64,000 nt of DNA from positions 131,703 to 195,702 of the forward strand of contig DASQJL010000113.1 in assembly GCA_035631035.1 (NCBI GenBank). Reading direction: 5' to 3'. Shown piece by piece: positions 1-7,557 of the stretch. This stretch comes from Candidatus Binatia bacterium. Lineage in GTDB: Bacteria > Eisenbacteria > RBG-16-71-46 > SZUA-252. Below the pieces are notes generated by a model, which worked only from the letters and a program-made list of their open reading frames with translations, searched no databases and was not told where the DNA came from. A program made the position numbers and the translations under genes. Every line of letters starts with the position of its first letter. Position 1 is the stretch's first letter.

Positions 1-231
1 GATCGCGCCCAATAGAATGGCATCCTGCCCGCGCATCTCCTCCAGAGCGCTCGGCGGGAAGGCCTCCTTCGTGCGCAGGTAGTGCTCGGCGCCGAAGGGA
101 TAGGGCGTCCACGTGAAGGAGAATCCGCCCATCTCCCCCGCCAGCTTCAGCGTCTCGACCGCTTCGCGGGTGACTTCGGGTCCGATGCCGTCTCCGGGAA
201 GCACGGCGATGCGATGCTGGCGCTCAGCCAT
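1..231 (-). CDS. leuB: 3-isopropylmalate dehydrogenase family protein, N-terminal fragment (gene continues beyond window start)
   Basis: Minus-strand translation from ATG at 231-229 gives MAERQHRIAVLPGDGIGPEVTREAVETLKLAGE..., the IAVLPGDGIGPEV motif of the LeuB/IDH family. The start overlaps the stop of the upstream leuA-like gene by 8 nt (ATGGCTGA). Not in the ORF track because it is truncated by the window edge. Confidence 0.55.
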   Translation of the reverse strand, partial: MAERQHRIAVLPGDGIGPEVTREAVETLKLAGEMGGFSFTWTPYPFGAEHYLRTKEAFPPSALEEMRGQDAILLGAI

Positions 232-1558
232 GGGCGGTCGCTCCGAGTCCGGACTGCTTGAAGGCGGCCACGATCCGCTCGAGCTCGGCGTCCTCGAACA
301 CGGCGTCGCGCTGCTTCGCGAGCCGGAAGACGTGCTCGACCAGCGGCCGCTCGGGCGCGTGCCCGTGCTCCGTCAGCCAGTAGACGACGTTCGATTCGCC
401 GCACATCGGGCCCACGTTGATCTCCTGCTTCAGGCCGAGCATGCCCGCGGGAACGCTGGAGTAGACGCGGTCGGCGAGCCACGCGTCCCCCTTCTTCTGG
501 GCCTTGATGACGGCGGCGGCGTGCACGCCCGTCCCCGTGCGGAACGCATCGCGCCCCAGGGCCGGATAGTTGTACGGGATCGGGACGCGGCAGGAGCGCG
601 ACACCAGCGCGGCGTACTCCGGCAGCACCGTGAGATCGCACTGCAGCCACCCGAGCAGCTTCAGGTTGACCAGGATCAGATCGAGCGGCGCGTTCCCGAC
701 ACGCTCCCCCACGCCGAGGATCGTGCCGTGCACCCGGTCGGCCCCGGCGAGGAGTGCGGCCAGCGCGTTCGCCACGCCCAGGTCGCGGTCGCGGTGGCCG
801 TGCCAGTCCACGCCGACCGTCTCGCCCGTCGCATCCACCACCTCGCGGATGAAGCGGATCACCCGCGCGGCGCCCTCGGGCGTGGCGTGTCCCACCGTGT
901 CGGAGACGCAGACGCGCCGCGCGCCGCACTGGACCGCGGTCGTATAGAGCTTCCGGAGGATCTCCGGACGGGCGCGCGTGGTGTCCTCGGTCACGTACAT
1001 GACCGGGACCCCGTTCTTCACCGAGTAGGTCACGGCTTCCTCGGTCGTGCGGAGCAGCCGGTCCAGGTCCCAATCCTCGGCGTACTGGCGGATGGGGCTC
1101 GATCCGATGAAGGTGGCCGCCTCGATGCGCAGTCCCGTCTTCTGCGTGATGTCGATGATCGGGTCGATGTCGTTCTTGTGGGTGCGCGCGGCGCAGTAGG
1201 GCTCGATGGCGAGCTTCGCGCTCACGATCTCGCGCGCGAGCGCGAGGGCGGCCTCGTGGGCCCGCGGTCCCGCGCCCGGGAGCCCGATATCGTTTCCGTG
1301 GACGCCCATCGCGGCCTGGTAATGGAGCGCCTTGAGCTTGTCCTCGATCGGGGGATCGGCCACCGAGGGGGACTGGAGGCCGTCGCGGAGGGTCTCGTCC
1401 ACGACCTGCACGCGGCGCGGAGGACGCGGCGGGGACTCCTCTCCCACGTTCCAGTCATAGATCAGATCCCGCTCGTCGGGATGCGCTGCCTCGACGGGTG
1501 ATGCGGGGCGATGGCTCGAAAGCACAGGAGTTGCCGAAGCCGCGGGCTTCGGCTTCAC
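224..1558 (-). CDS. 2-isopropylmalate synthase / homocitrate synthase family protein (DRE-TIM metallolyase, LeuA/CimA-like), about 444 aa
   Basis: C-terminal 444 aa of track ORF 224..2716 carry VQVVDETLRDGLQSP...HGHRDRDLGVANALAALLAGADRVHGTILGVGERVGNAPLD (LeuA-family HxH and GERxGN motifs). Start assigned to the GTG at 1558-1556, which overlaps the thiolase TGA stop (GTGA) and sits upstream of the conserved RDG motif. Confidence 0.7.
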   Translation of the reverse strand: MKPKPAASATPVLSSHRPASPVEAAHPDERDLIYDWNVGEESPPRPPRRVQVVDETLRDGLQSPSVADPPIEDKLKALHYQAAMGVHGNDIGLPGAGPRAHEAALALAREIVSAKLAIEPYCAARTHKNDIDPIIDITQKTGLRIEAATFIGSSPIRQYAEDWDLDRLLRTTEEAVTYSVKNGVPVMYVTEDTTRARPEILRKLYTTAVQCGARRVCVSDTVGHATPEGAARVIRFIREVVDATGETVGVDWHGHRDRDLGVANALAALLAGADRVHGTILGVGERVGNAPLDLILVNLKLLGWLQCDLTVLPEYAALVSRSCRVPIPYNYPALGRDAFRTGTGVHAAAVIKAQKKGDAWLADRVYSSVPAGMLGLKQEINVGPMCGESNVVYWLTEHGHAPERPLVEHVFRLAKQRDAVFEDAELERIVAAFKQSGLGATAHG

Positions 1559-2769
1559 GGAAGCGCCTCGACCACGATCGCGATCCCCTGGCCGCCGCCG
1601 ATGCAGGCGCTCGCCACGCCCCAGCGCTTCTTCCGCCGGCGCAGCTCGTACAGGAGCGTCAGGATGAGCCGGGTGCCGCTGGCCGCGAGCGGATGTCCGA
1701 GGGCGATGGCGCCGCCGTTCACGTTGGTCTTCTCCCGCGGATTGCCCAGCTCCTTCTCGACCGCCAGGTACTGGCCTGCGAACGCCTCGTTGATCTCGAA
1801 GAGATCCACGTCGTCCTGGTCGAGCCCGGCCACCTTGAGCGCGGCGCGCACGGCCGGCACGGGACCGATCCCCATCGTGTCGGGATCCACGCCGACGCTG
1901 GCCCACGACACCACGCGGCCGATCGGGGCGAGATTCCGTTTCTCCGCCGAGCGCGCGGTGGTCACCACCACCGCCGCGGCGCCGTCCACGATGCCGCTCG
2001 CGTTGCCCGCCGTGACGAACGAGTCCTTGCCGAAGGCGGGCGGGAGCTTCGACAGCCCCTCGAGCGTCGCCGCCTCGAAGCAGTGATCGTCCTTCTCCAC
2101 CGGCTTCGCGTCGCGGCCCGGCGGCGTCACCGGGACGATCTCCTCGGAGAGGAGGCAGGAGGTGATGGCGCGCTTGCCCTCGGTGATCGAGCGGAAGGCG
2201 AACTCGTCCTGCTGCTCGCGCGTGATGCCGAAGCGCTTCGCGAGGTTGTCGGAGGTCTGGGCCATGAAGAGCCCGCAGTAGGAGTCCTTGAGCGCGACCA
2301 TCAGCGTGTCTTCGAGCGCGCCCTGGCCCAGGCGCAGCCCGCTCCGGGCGCCGCGAACCGCGAAGGGCGCCTGGCTCAGGTTCTCCATCCCGCCGGCGAG
2401 CACGAACGAGGCCTCGCCCAGCTGCAGCATCTGCGCGCCCGTCACGACCGACTGGATCCCCGAGCCGCAGAGCCGGTTGACGGTGAGCGCGGGGACCGGC
2501 ACCGGAATGCCGGCCTTGAGCGCCACGTGGCGCGCCCCGTAGAGGGCGTCGCCGCTGGTCTGCAGCGCGTTTCCGATCACGACGTGGTCGATCGCGTCGG
2601 CCGGAACCTTGGAGCGCTCGAGCGCGGCTTTCGCCGCGACGGCGCCGAGGTCGATGGCGGAAACGTCCTTGAGCGCGCCACCCGGCTTCCCGCTGCCGGC
2701 GCGCCCGCCGACCCACTCGGCCATGGGGGTCCGCGCCCCGTTCACGATGACGATCTCTTCCCTAGCCAT
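1555..2769 (-). CDS. acetyl-CoA C-acetyltransferase (thiolase II)
   Basis: 404-aa ORF with thiolase signatures NRLCGSG (active Cys), GNASGIVDGAAAVVV, NVNGGAIALGHPLAASG and ACIGGGQGIA. Confidence 0.9.
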   Translation of the reverse strand: MAREEIVIVNGARTPMAEWVGGRAGSGKPGGALKDVSAIDLGAVAAKAALERSKVPADAIDHVVIGNALQTSGDALYGARHVALKAGIPVPVPALTVNRLCGSGIQSVVTGAQMLQLGEASFVLAGGMENLSQAPFAVRGARSGLRLGQGALEDTLMVALKDSYCGLFMAQTSDNLAKRFGITREQQDEFAFRSITEGKRAITSCLLSEEIVPVTPPGRDAKPVEKDDHCFEAATLEGLSKLPPAFGKDSFVTAGNASGIVDGAAAVVVTTARSAEKRNLAPIGRVVSWASVGVDPDTMGIGPVPAVRAALKVAGLDQDDVDLFEINEAFAGQYLAVEKELGNPREKTNVNGGAIALGHPLAASGTRLILTLLYELRRRKKRWGVASACIGGGQGIAIVVEALP

Positions 2770-2783
2770 GCCGCCGCCTTCCC

Positions 2784-3638
2784 TTACTTGGAGTAGTCGT
2801 AAAACCCGCGGCCCGATTTGCGGCCGAGGTGCCCGGCCAGCACCATCCGCTTGAGCAGCGGCGGCGCGGCGAACCGGGGCTCGCGGAACTCTTCGAACAT
2901 GATGTTAGCGATGTAATAGGTCGTATCCAACCCCACGAAGTCGAGAAGGGTCAGCGGCCCCATCGGATACCCGCACCCCAGCTTCATCCCGTTGTCGATG
3001 TCCTCTTTGGATGCGATCCCCGATTCGTAGACGCGCACGGCGTCCAGCAGGTAGGGCACCAGAAGGCGGTTCACCACGAAACCCGGAGTGTCCTGGCAGA
3101 GGACCGGCGTCTTGCCGATCTGGGCCACATATTCCTGCGCACGGCCGTAGGCGGCGTCCGAGGTGGTGAGGGCGCGGATGATCTCGACCAGCTTCATGAG
3201 CGGGACCGGATTGAAGAAGTGGAGCCCCAGCACCCGGTCGGGGCGGCGCGTGCGCGCGGCGATCTCGGTGATCGAGAGCGACGAGGTGTTGCTCGAGAGC
3301 ACGGCGTCCGGAGCGACGGCGGCGTCGAGGGCCGCGAACACCTGGCGCTTGACCTCGAGGTTCTCGACCGCGGCCTCGACCACCAGCTCGCAGGGAGCGA
3401 GCTGGTCCAGCTTGGTCGTCCCCTTGATGTTGCCCAGGATCTTGTCCCGGTCCTCGGCCGTGACCTTTCCCTTGGTCACGCCGTCCTCCAGGAATTTGCG
3501 GATCCGTCCCAGGCCCTTGTCCAGCACGCCCTGGTCCACCTCGCACACCCACGTCGTCAGCCCGGCGCCCGCGCTCACCTGGGCGATCCCCGAGCCCATG
3601 AGCCCGCACCCCACGACGCCGATCGTCTTGAACGCCAT
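2784..3638 (-). CDS. 3-hydroxybutyryl-CoA dehydrogenase (NAD-dependent 3-hydroxyacyl-CoA dehydrogenase, short form)
   Basis: Real start is the internal ATG at 3638 (MAFKTIGVVGCGLMGSGIAQV Rossmann motif), preceded by GGAGGAGGGAAGGG. Residues upstream of it in the 597-aa track ORF are Arg/Gly-rich GC artefact. Confidence 0.88.
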   Translation of the reverse strand: MAFKTIGVVGCGLMGSGIAQVSAGAGLTTWVCEVDQGVLDKGLGRIRKFLEDGVTKGKVTAEDRDKILGNIKGTTKLDQLAPCELVVEAAVENLEVKRQVFAALDAAVAPDAVLSSNTSSLSITEIAARTRRPDRVLGLHFFNPVPLMKLVEIIRALTTSDAAYGRAQEYVAQIGKTPVLCQDTPGFVVNRLLVPYLLDAVRVYESGIASKEDIDNGMKLGCGYPMGPLTLLDFVGLDTTYYIANIMFEEFREPRFAAPPLLKRMVLAGHLGRKSGRGFYDYSK

Positions 3639-3652
3639 CCCTTCCCTCCTCC

Positions 3653-4864
3653 TCAGATTCCGTTCCGGTCCAATTCGAGCGCCAGTCCCAGGCCGCCGCT
3701 CACGCAGAGCGTCGCCAGCCCGAGCCGCGCGTTCCGTCGTTCCATCTCGTGGAGCAGCGTCGTCACGATCCGCGCCCCCGTGCAGCCGATCGGATGCCCC
3801 AGCGCGATCGCCCCGCCGTTCACATTGAGCCGCGCGCGATCGAAATGGAGATCCCGGTCGCACGCGAGCACCTGGGCGGCGAACGCCTCGTTCAGCTCGA
3901 TCAGGTCGTACAGGTCCAGGGTCCGTCCCGTCGTGGACAGGACCTGGCGCACCGCCGGCACCGGGCCGATCCCCATGATCGAGGGATCCACACCCACCGT
4001 GGCGCTCGCCCCGAGCCATGCCTGCGGCTTGAGCCCCCGCTCCCGCACCACCGACTCGCTGGCGACCAGGACCGAGGCCGAGCCGTCGGTGATCCCCGAG
4101 GCGTTCCCCGCCGAGACCGTGCCCCCCTCGCGGAAAACCGGAGGGAGCTTGGCCAGGTCGGCGGCCGTCGTCCCGGGGCGCGGATGTTCGTCGGCGGCGA
4201 TCACCGTGTCGCCCTTTCGCCCCTTCACCGCGACCGGCACGATCTCGCGCTCGAAGCGCTTCTCCTCGATCGCCACGCCGGCGCGCCGCTGGCTCTCCGC
4301 GGCGTAGGCGTCCTGCTCGGCCCGCGGAATCGAGTAGAGGTCGGCGAGCTTCTCGGCCGTCTCCCCCATCACCATGCCGCAGATCGGGTCCAGGAAGCCG
4401 TCCCGGTACATGCCGTCCACCACCTGGGCATTCCCCATCCGGTAGCCAAGGCGCGCGCGGTCGAGAAGGTAGGGAACGCGCGTCATGTTCTCCGTCCCTC
4501 CCGCCACCACGATGCGCGCCTTGCCCAGGCGGATCTGATCGGCCGCGAGCAGGATCGCCTGGAGCCCCGAGCCGCACGCCTGGTTCACGGTGAAGGCTGG
4601 GCGCTCGACGGGAATCCCCGCGCCGACGAGCACCTGGCGCGCCACGTTGGGTCCGCCCCCGGCCTGCCGCGCGCAGCCGTAGATCAGCGCGTCCACGTCG
4701 GAGGGCGCCACGGAGGTCGCCACGCCCGACCGCTCCAGGAGGCCCTTCGTCGCGGCGATGCCGAGCTGGGCCGCGGTGACCTCGGCGAAGCTCCCGAGGA
4801 ATTTCCCGATCGGCGTCCGGACCGACGCCACGATGGCGACGCGCTCGCCGGCTGCGGGACTCAT
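3653..4864 (-). CDS. acetyl-CoA C-acyltransferase (second thiolase paralog)
   Basis: 403 aa with NQACGSG, GNASGITDGSASVLV, NVNGGAIALGHPIGCTGAR and CVSGGLGLALEL. Confidence 0.9.
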   Translation of the reverse strand: MSPAAGERVAIVASVRTPIGKFLGSFAEVTAAQLGIAATKGLLERSGVATSVAPSDVDALIYGCARQAGGGPNVARQVLVGAGIPVERPAFTVNQACGSGLQAILLAADQIRLGKARIVVAGGTENMTRVPYLLDRARLGYRMGNAQVVDGMYRDGFLDPICGMVMGETAEKLADLYSIPRAEQDAYAAESQRRAGVAIEEKRFEREIVPVAVKGRKGDTVIAADEHPRPGTTAADLAKLPPVFREGGTVSAGNASGITDGSASVLVASESVVRERGLKPQAWLGASATVGVDPSIMGIGPVPAVRQVLSTTGRTLDLYDLIELNEAFAAQVLACDRDLHFDRARLNVNGGAIALGHPIGCTGARIVTTLLHEMERRNARLGLATLCVSGGLGLALELDRNGI

Positions 4865-4954
4865 GAGCGAGGGGTCCAGGAGAAGCGCGCGGTCACGCCG
4901 GATCGCTCCACGAGAAAGCGCGCACGCGGGACCGGTCCACCAAAGAGCGCGCGG

Positions 4955-5737
4955 TCACGCGCCGCCGAACTCGGCCTTCCGCTTCTCGAGGAAGGCGGTC
5001 AGCCCTTCGCGCATGTCGGTCGTCGCGGAGAGGAGGCCGAAGTAGGTGGACTCCTGGGCCAGCCCCTGCTCCAGCGTGGAGTCGAGCCCCCCGATCGCCG
5101 CATCCATGGCGCAGCGCACCGCGAGCGGCCCCTTGGTCAGGATCTCGTTCGCCACCTTCTCGCAGTGCGGCATCAGCTCCGCCTGCGGGAAGACCGCGTT
5201 CACCAGGCCGATCCGGTACGCCTCGGCGGCGTCGATCATGCGGCCGGTGGTGATCAGCTCGAGCGCGCGCCCCAGCCCCACGATCCGCGGGAGCCGCTGC
5301 GTGCCGCCGTAGCCGGGAATGATGCCCAGGCCGACCTCGGGAAGACCCATCTTCGCGTTCTCCGATGCGAAGCGGAAGTGACAGGCGAGCGCCAGCTCCA
5401 GACCGCCCCCCAGGGCGAAGCCGTTGACGGCGGCGATGACCGGCTTGCCGAGCGATTCGATCTCGTCGAAGGCCTCCTGCCCCAGGCGCGAGGAGGCCTC
5501 GCCGCCGAGCGGCGTCATCTGCGCGAGCTCGTTGATGTCGGCTCCGGCGACGAACGCCTTCTCGCCGGAACCGGTCAGGATCACGACGCCGACGGTGCGG
5601 TCGTCGCACAGCGAGCTGAACGCGTGATGGATCTCCCGGACCGTGCGCTCGTTCAGCGCGTTCAGCACCTTGGGACGGTTGATCGTGACGCGCGCGATCT
5701 TGTTCTGCACTTCGACGGTCAGATTTTCGTAGGTCAT
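4955..5737 (-). CDS. enoyl-CoA hydratase (crotonase family)
   Basis: Start at internal M42 (MTYENLTVEVQNKIARVTINRP). Crotonase-fold motifs FVAGADI, ALGGGLELALACHFRFASENA and PEVGLGIIPGYGGTQRL are present. Confidence 0.85.
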   Translation of the reverse strand: MTYENLTVEVQNKIARVTINRPKVLNALNERTVREIHHAFSSLCDDRTVGVVILTGSGEKAFVAGADINELAQMTPLGGEASSRLGQEAFDEIESLGKPVIAAVNGFALGGGLELALACHFRFASENAKMGLPEVGLGIIPGYGGTQRLPRIVGLGRALELITTGRMIDAAEAYRIGLVNAVFPQAELMPHCEKVANEILTKGPLAVRCAMDAAIGGLDSTLEQGLAQESTYFGLLSATTDMREGLTAFLEKRKAEFGGA

Positions 5738-5810
5738 GGGTTCCGGTCGGAGTTCGAGGGTTCGGGAGAACGTCCGGGCGGGCGCCCGGGCGCATCCCGA
5801 CGCCCAGGCC

Positions 5811-5826
5811 GATGCCCGGGCATCGG
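5811..5826. promoter_or_regulatory. 16-bp perfect palindrome CGATGCCCGGGCATCG in the divergent intergenic region (candidate operator)
   Basis: Seen directly. It lies about 75-90 nt upstream of the crotonase ATG and about 160 nt upstream of the HNH gene start, inside a 245-nt divergent promoter region. Confidence 0.3.
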
Positions 5827-5982
5827 GAGCCGCCGGGAAGCAAATCACCCCGGCTCCCACGTGTCAATGGCACCCGAGTCGCCCTGCTTCCCGCAGGTGC
5901 CCTCCTCGTGGTTCAATCATGGCCCCCTGGATCGTGACCCCACCCGATCCGTTCGTGCGACCTCCCCGAGACAGGAGTTCCC

Positions 5983-7557
5983 ATGCACGAGTATGCGTTG
6001 AACCATCTCAGCGACAGCGCCCTCCTTCGCGATCTGGCGCACCTGGTGCGACAAGACCGCGCGCTCACGGCCCGCATTGTCGCGCATCTCGGCGAGGTGG
6101 ATGCGCGGCGCCTGTACGCGCCGGCCGGCCATCCCTCGATGTTCGCGTATTGTGTGGAGGAGCTGCGCTTCTCGGAAGACGCGGCCTACAAGCGGATTCG
6201 GGTCGCGCGCGCCGCGCGCCAGTTCCCGGAGCTGTTCGCGGCGCTGGCGGATGGCCGGCTTCATCTCGCCGCGGCGTCGCTGCTGGCGCCGCATCTCACT
6301 CGGGAGAACGCGGGGAGGCTGATCGAGGCAGCGACCCATCGGAGCAAGGCCGAGGTCGAAAGCTGGCTTGCGCAGCGGTTCGCGGCCCCAATCCCCAGCG
6401 GGGCGCCTTCTGCCGTGATTCGGCCGATCGCCGGACTCGCCCCGGGGCGAGTTGCGGGCGTCCTCGGCGACCTGCTCGCCGGAACCCTGAGCGCCGCTAC
6501 GAATGTGCTCTCGATGGGGCTCGATCGTTCTGCGGGGCAGACGGGGCTCGATGGTCTGGGGCAGCCAGCGAGGCTCGATGGTCCGGCGCAGACGGCGAGG
6601 CTCGATGGTTCGGTTCAGACGGCGAGGCTCGATGGTCCGGGGCAGACGGCGGGGTTCGATGTCGGTCCGGGGCACCCGGTGGGGCTCGGCGCTTCGGCAT
6701 CGCCCATCGGCTCAAGCACCGCGCCCATTCAACCTCCCCTGGGGGCGAACACCGCCTTCCACGAAGGCCAACTCGCCCCGGGGCGAGTCGAGCCGGCCGC
6801 GTTGCCGGTCGAAGAGCGCTATTCGGTGCATCTCACCATCCCGAAGTCGACGCATGACAAACTCCGGCACGCCCAGGCCCTCTTGAGCCATGCGATCCCG
6901 TCCGGAGACGTCGTGCAGGTGCTCGACCGAGCGCTCGATGCGCTGATTTCGCGGCTCGAAACGCGAAAGATCGGATCCCAGGCGGGACGTCCTCGGTCCT
7001 CCCGGCCACGGGACGGTGCATCGGTTCCAAGGAGCCACGCTGCCTCGAATCGGAGAGCCCGTCCTGGAAGGATTCGCTACATACCTGCTCGTGTACGCCG
7101 CGCCGTCTGGGAGCGCGATCGCGGCCAGTGCACCTTCGTCACGCCGTCGGGCCACCGCTGCTCCGCACGCCGCTTCCTGGAATTCGATCACGTCCAACCC
7201 CTGGCGCGAGGCGGAAAGGCGACCGTCGAGGGATTGCGGCTGCGCTGCCGGGCGCACAATCAGCACGCGGCCGAGCAATCGTTTGGAACGGAGTTCATGA
7301 AGCACAAGCGGGAGCTGGCCCGCGCCGAGCGGGCGGTCCGTCGCGAATGGAAGTCAGGCGCCAAGGACCAGCCGGACCACGTGCGTGAGCCGTCGGGAGT
7401 GTGGCGGATCACGCAGCGGTCCGGGGTCGGGCAAACCCCCGACGGGCGCCGGATCACGCAGCGGTCCGGGGTCGGCCCGGGGGTCGGCGGATCATGGCAA
7501 CTCGCCCCGGGGCGAGTTCCCGCGCCGACTACCGAGCGTACGCGAAGCCGACCGTGA
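5983..7557 (+). CDS. HNH endonuclease domain protein with DUF222-like N-terminal region (REP13E12-like family)
   Basis: 524-aa ORF. AGGAG lies 7 nt upstream of the ATG. N-terminus LSDSALLRDLAHLVRQDRALTARIVAHLGEVDARRLYAPAGHPSMFAYCVEELRFSEDAAYKRIRVARA; C-terminal HNH motif CTFVTPSGHRCSARRFLEFDHVQPLARGGKATVEGLRLRCRAHNQH. The middle is repeat-rich. Confidence 0.7.
   Translation: MHEYALNHLSDSALLRDLAHLVRQDRALTARIVAHLGEVDARRLYAPAGHPSMFAYCVEELRFSEDAAYKRIRVARAARQFPELFAALADGRLHLAAASLLAPHLTRENAGRLIEAATHRSKAEVESWLAQRFAAPIPSGAPSAVIRPIAGLAPGRVAGVLGDLLAGTLSAATNVLSMGLDRSAGQTGLDGLGQPARLDGPAQTARLDGSVQTARLDGPGQTAGFDVGPGHPVGLGASASPIGSSTAPIQPPLGANTAFHEGQLAPGRVEPAALPVEERYSVHLTIPKSTHDKLRHAQALLSHAIPSGDVVQVLDRALDALISRLETRKIGSQAGRPRSSRPRDGASVPRSHAASNRRARPGRIRYIPARVRRAVWERDRGQCTFVTPSGHRCSARRFLEFDHVQPLARGGKATVEGLRLRCRAHNQHAAEQSFGTEFMKHKRELARAERAVRREWKSGAKDQPDHVREPSGVWRITQRSGVGQTPDGRRITQRSGVGPGVGGSWQLAPGRVPAPTTERTRSRP
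6435..6452. repeat. 18-bp perfect palindrome ACTCGCCCCGGGGCGAGT, copy 1 of 3 inside the HNH gene (encodes LAPGRV)
   Basis: Seen directly; identical copies at about 6771..6788 and 7500..7517, all in the same reading frame. Confidence 0.8.
6535..6669. repeat. Five copies of a 27-nt tandem repeat (CAGACGGCGAGGCTCGATGGTCCGGCG-like) within the HNH gene
   Basis: Encodes GQTGLDGL/GQPARLDGP/AQTARLDGS/VQTARLDGP/GQTAGFDVGP. The 9-aa periodicity is visible in the translated ORF. Confidence 0.75.
6771..6788. repeat. 18-bp perfect palindrome ACTCGCCCCGGGGCGAGT, copy 2 of 3
   Basis: Seen directly; in frame, encodes LAPGRV. Confidence 0.8.
7406..7475. repeat. Two exact copies of the 25-nt direct repeat GGATCACGCAGCGGTCCGGGGTCGG, spaced 45 nt apart, near the HNH gene 3' end
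   Basis: Encodes RITQRSGVG twice at the C-terminal tail of the HNH ORF. Confidence 0.75.
7500..7517. repeat. 18-bp perfect palindrome ACTCGCCCCGGGGCGAGT, copy 3 of 3
   Basis: Seen directly, 40 nt before the HNH stop; the TonB-receptor gene 3' end (7529) starts 12 nt further on. Confidence 0.8.

Noticed and set aside
113-1501. 462-aa plus-strand ORF antisense to the leuA-like gene, together with the other long antisense ORFs in the track (1498..2796, 2829..4307, 3749..6001, 7385..9574, 20634..22238, 26204..29293, 32063..35782, 39016..41718, 54463..56802, 58152..60182, 60618..63248 and similar)
   Set aside because: In a roughly 70% GC sequence, stop-free antisense frames are expected. These translations are Arg/Gly/Ala/Pro-rich low-complexity sequence with no recognizable domain. 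Each lies opposite a gene with clear family motifs, an SD and coupled overlaps.
224-2716. 830-aa minus-strand ORF apparently fusing a thiolase-region frame with the LeuA-like protein
   Set aside because: Only the C-terminal 444 aa (from GTG 1558) show DRE-TIM synthase homology. The upstream part is antisense-like GC artefact overlapping the genuine thiolase gene in another frame.
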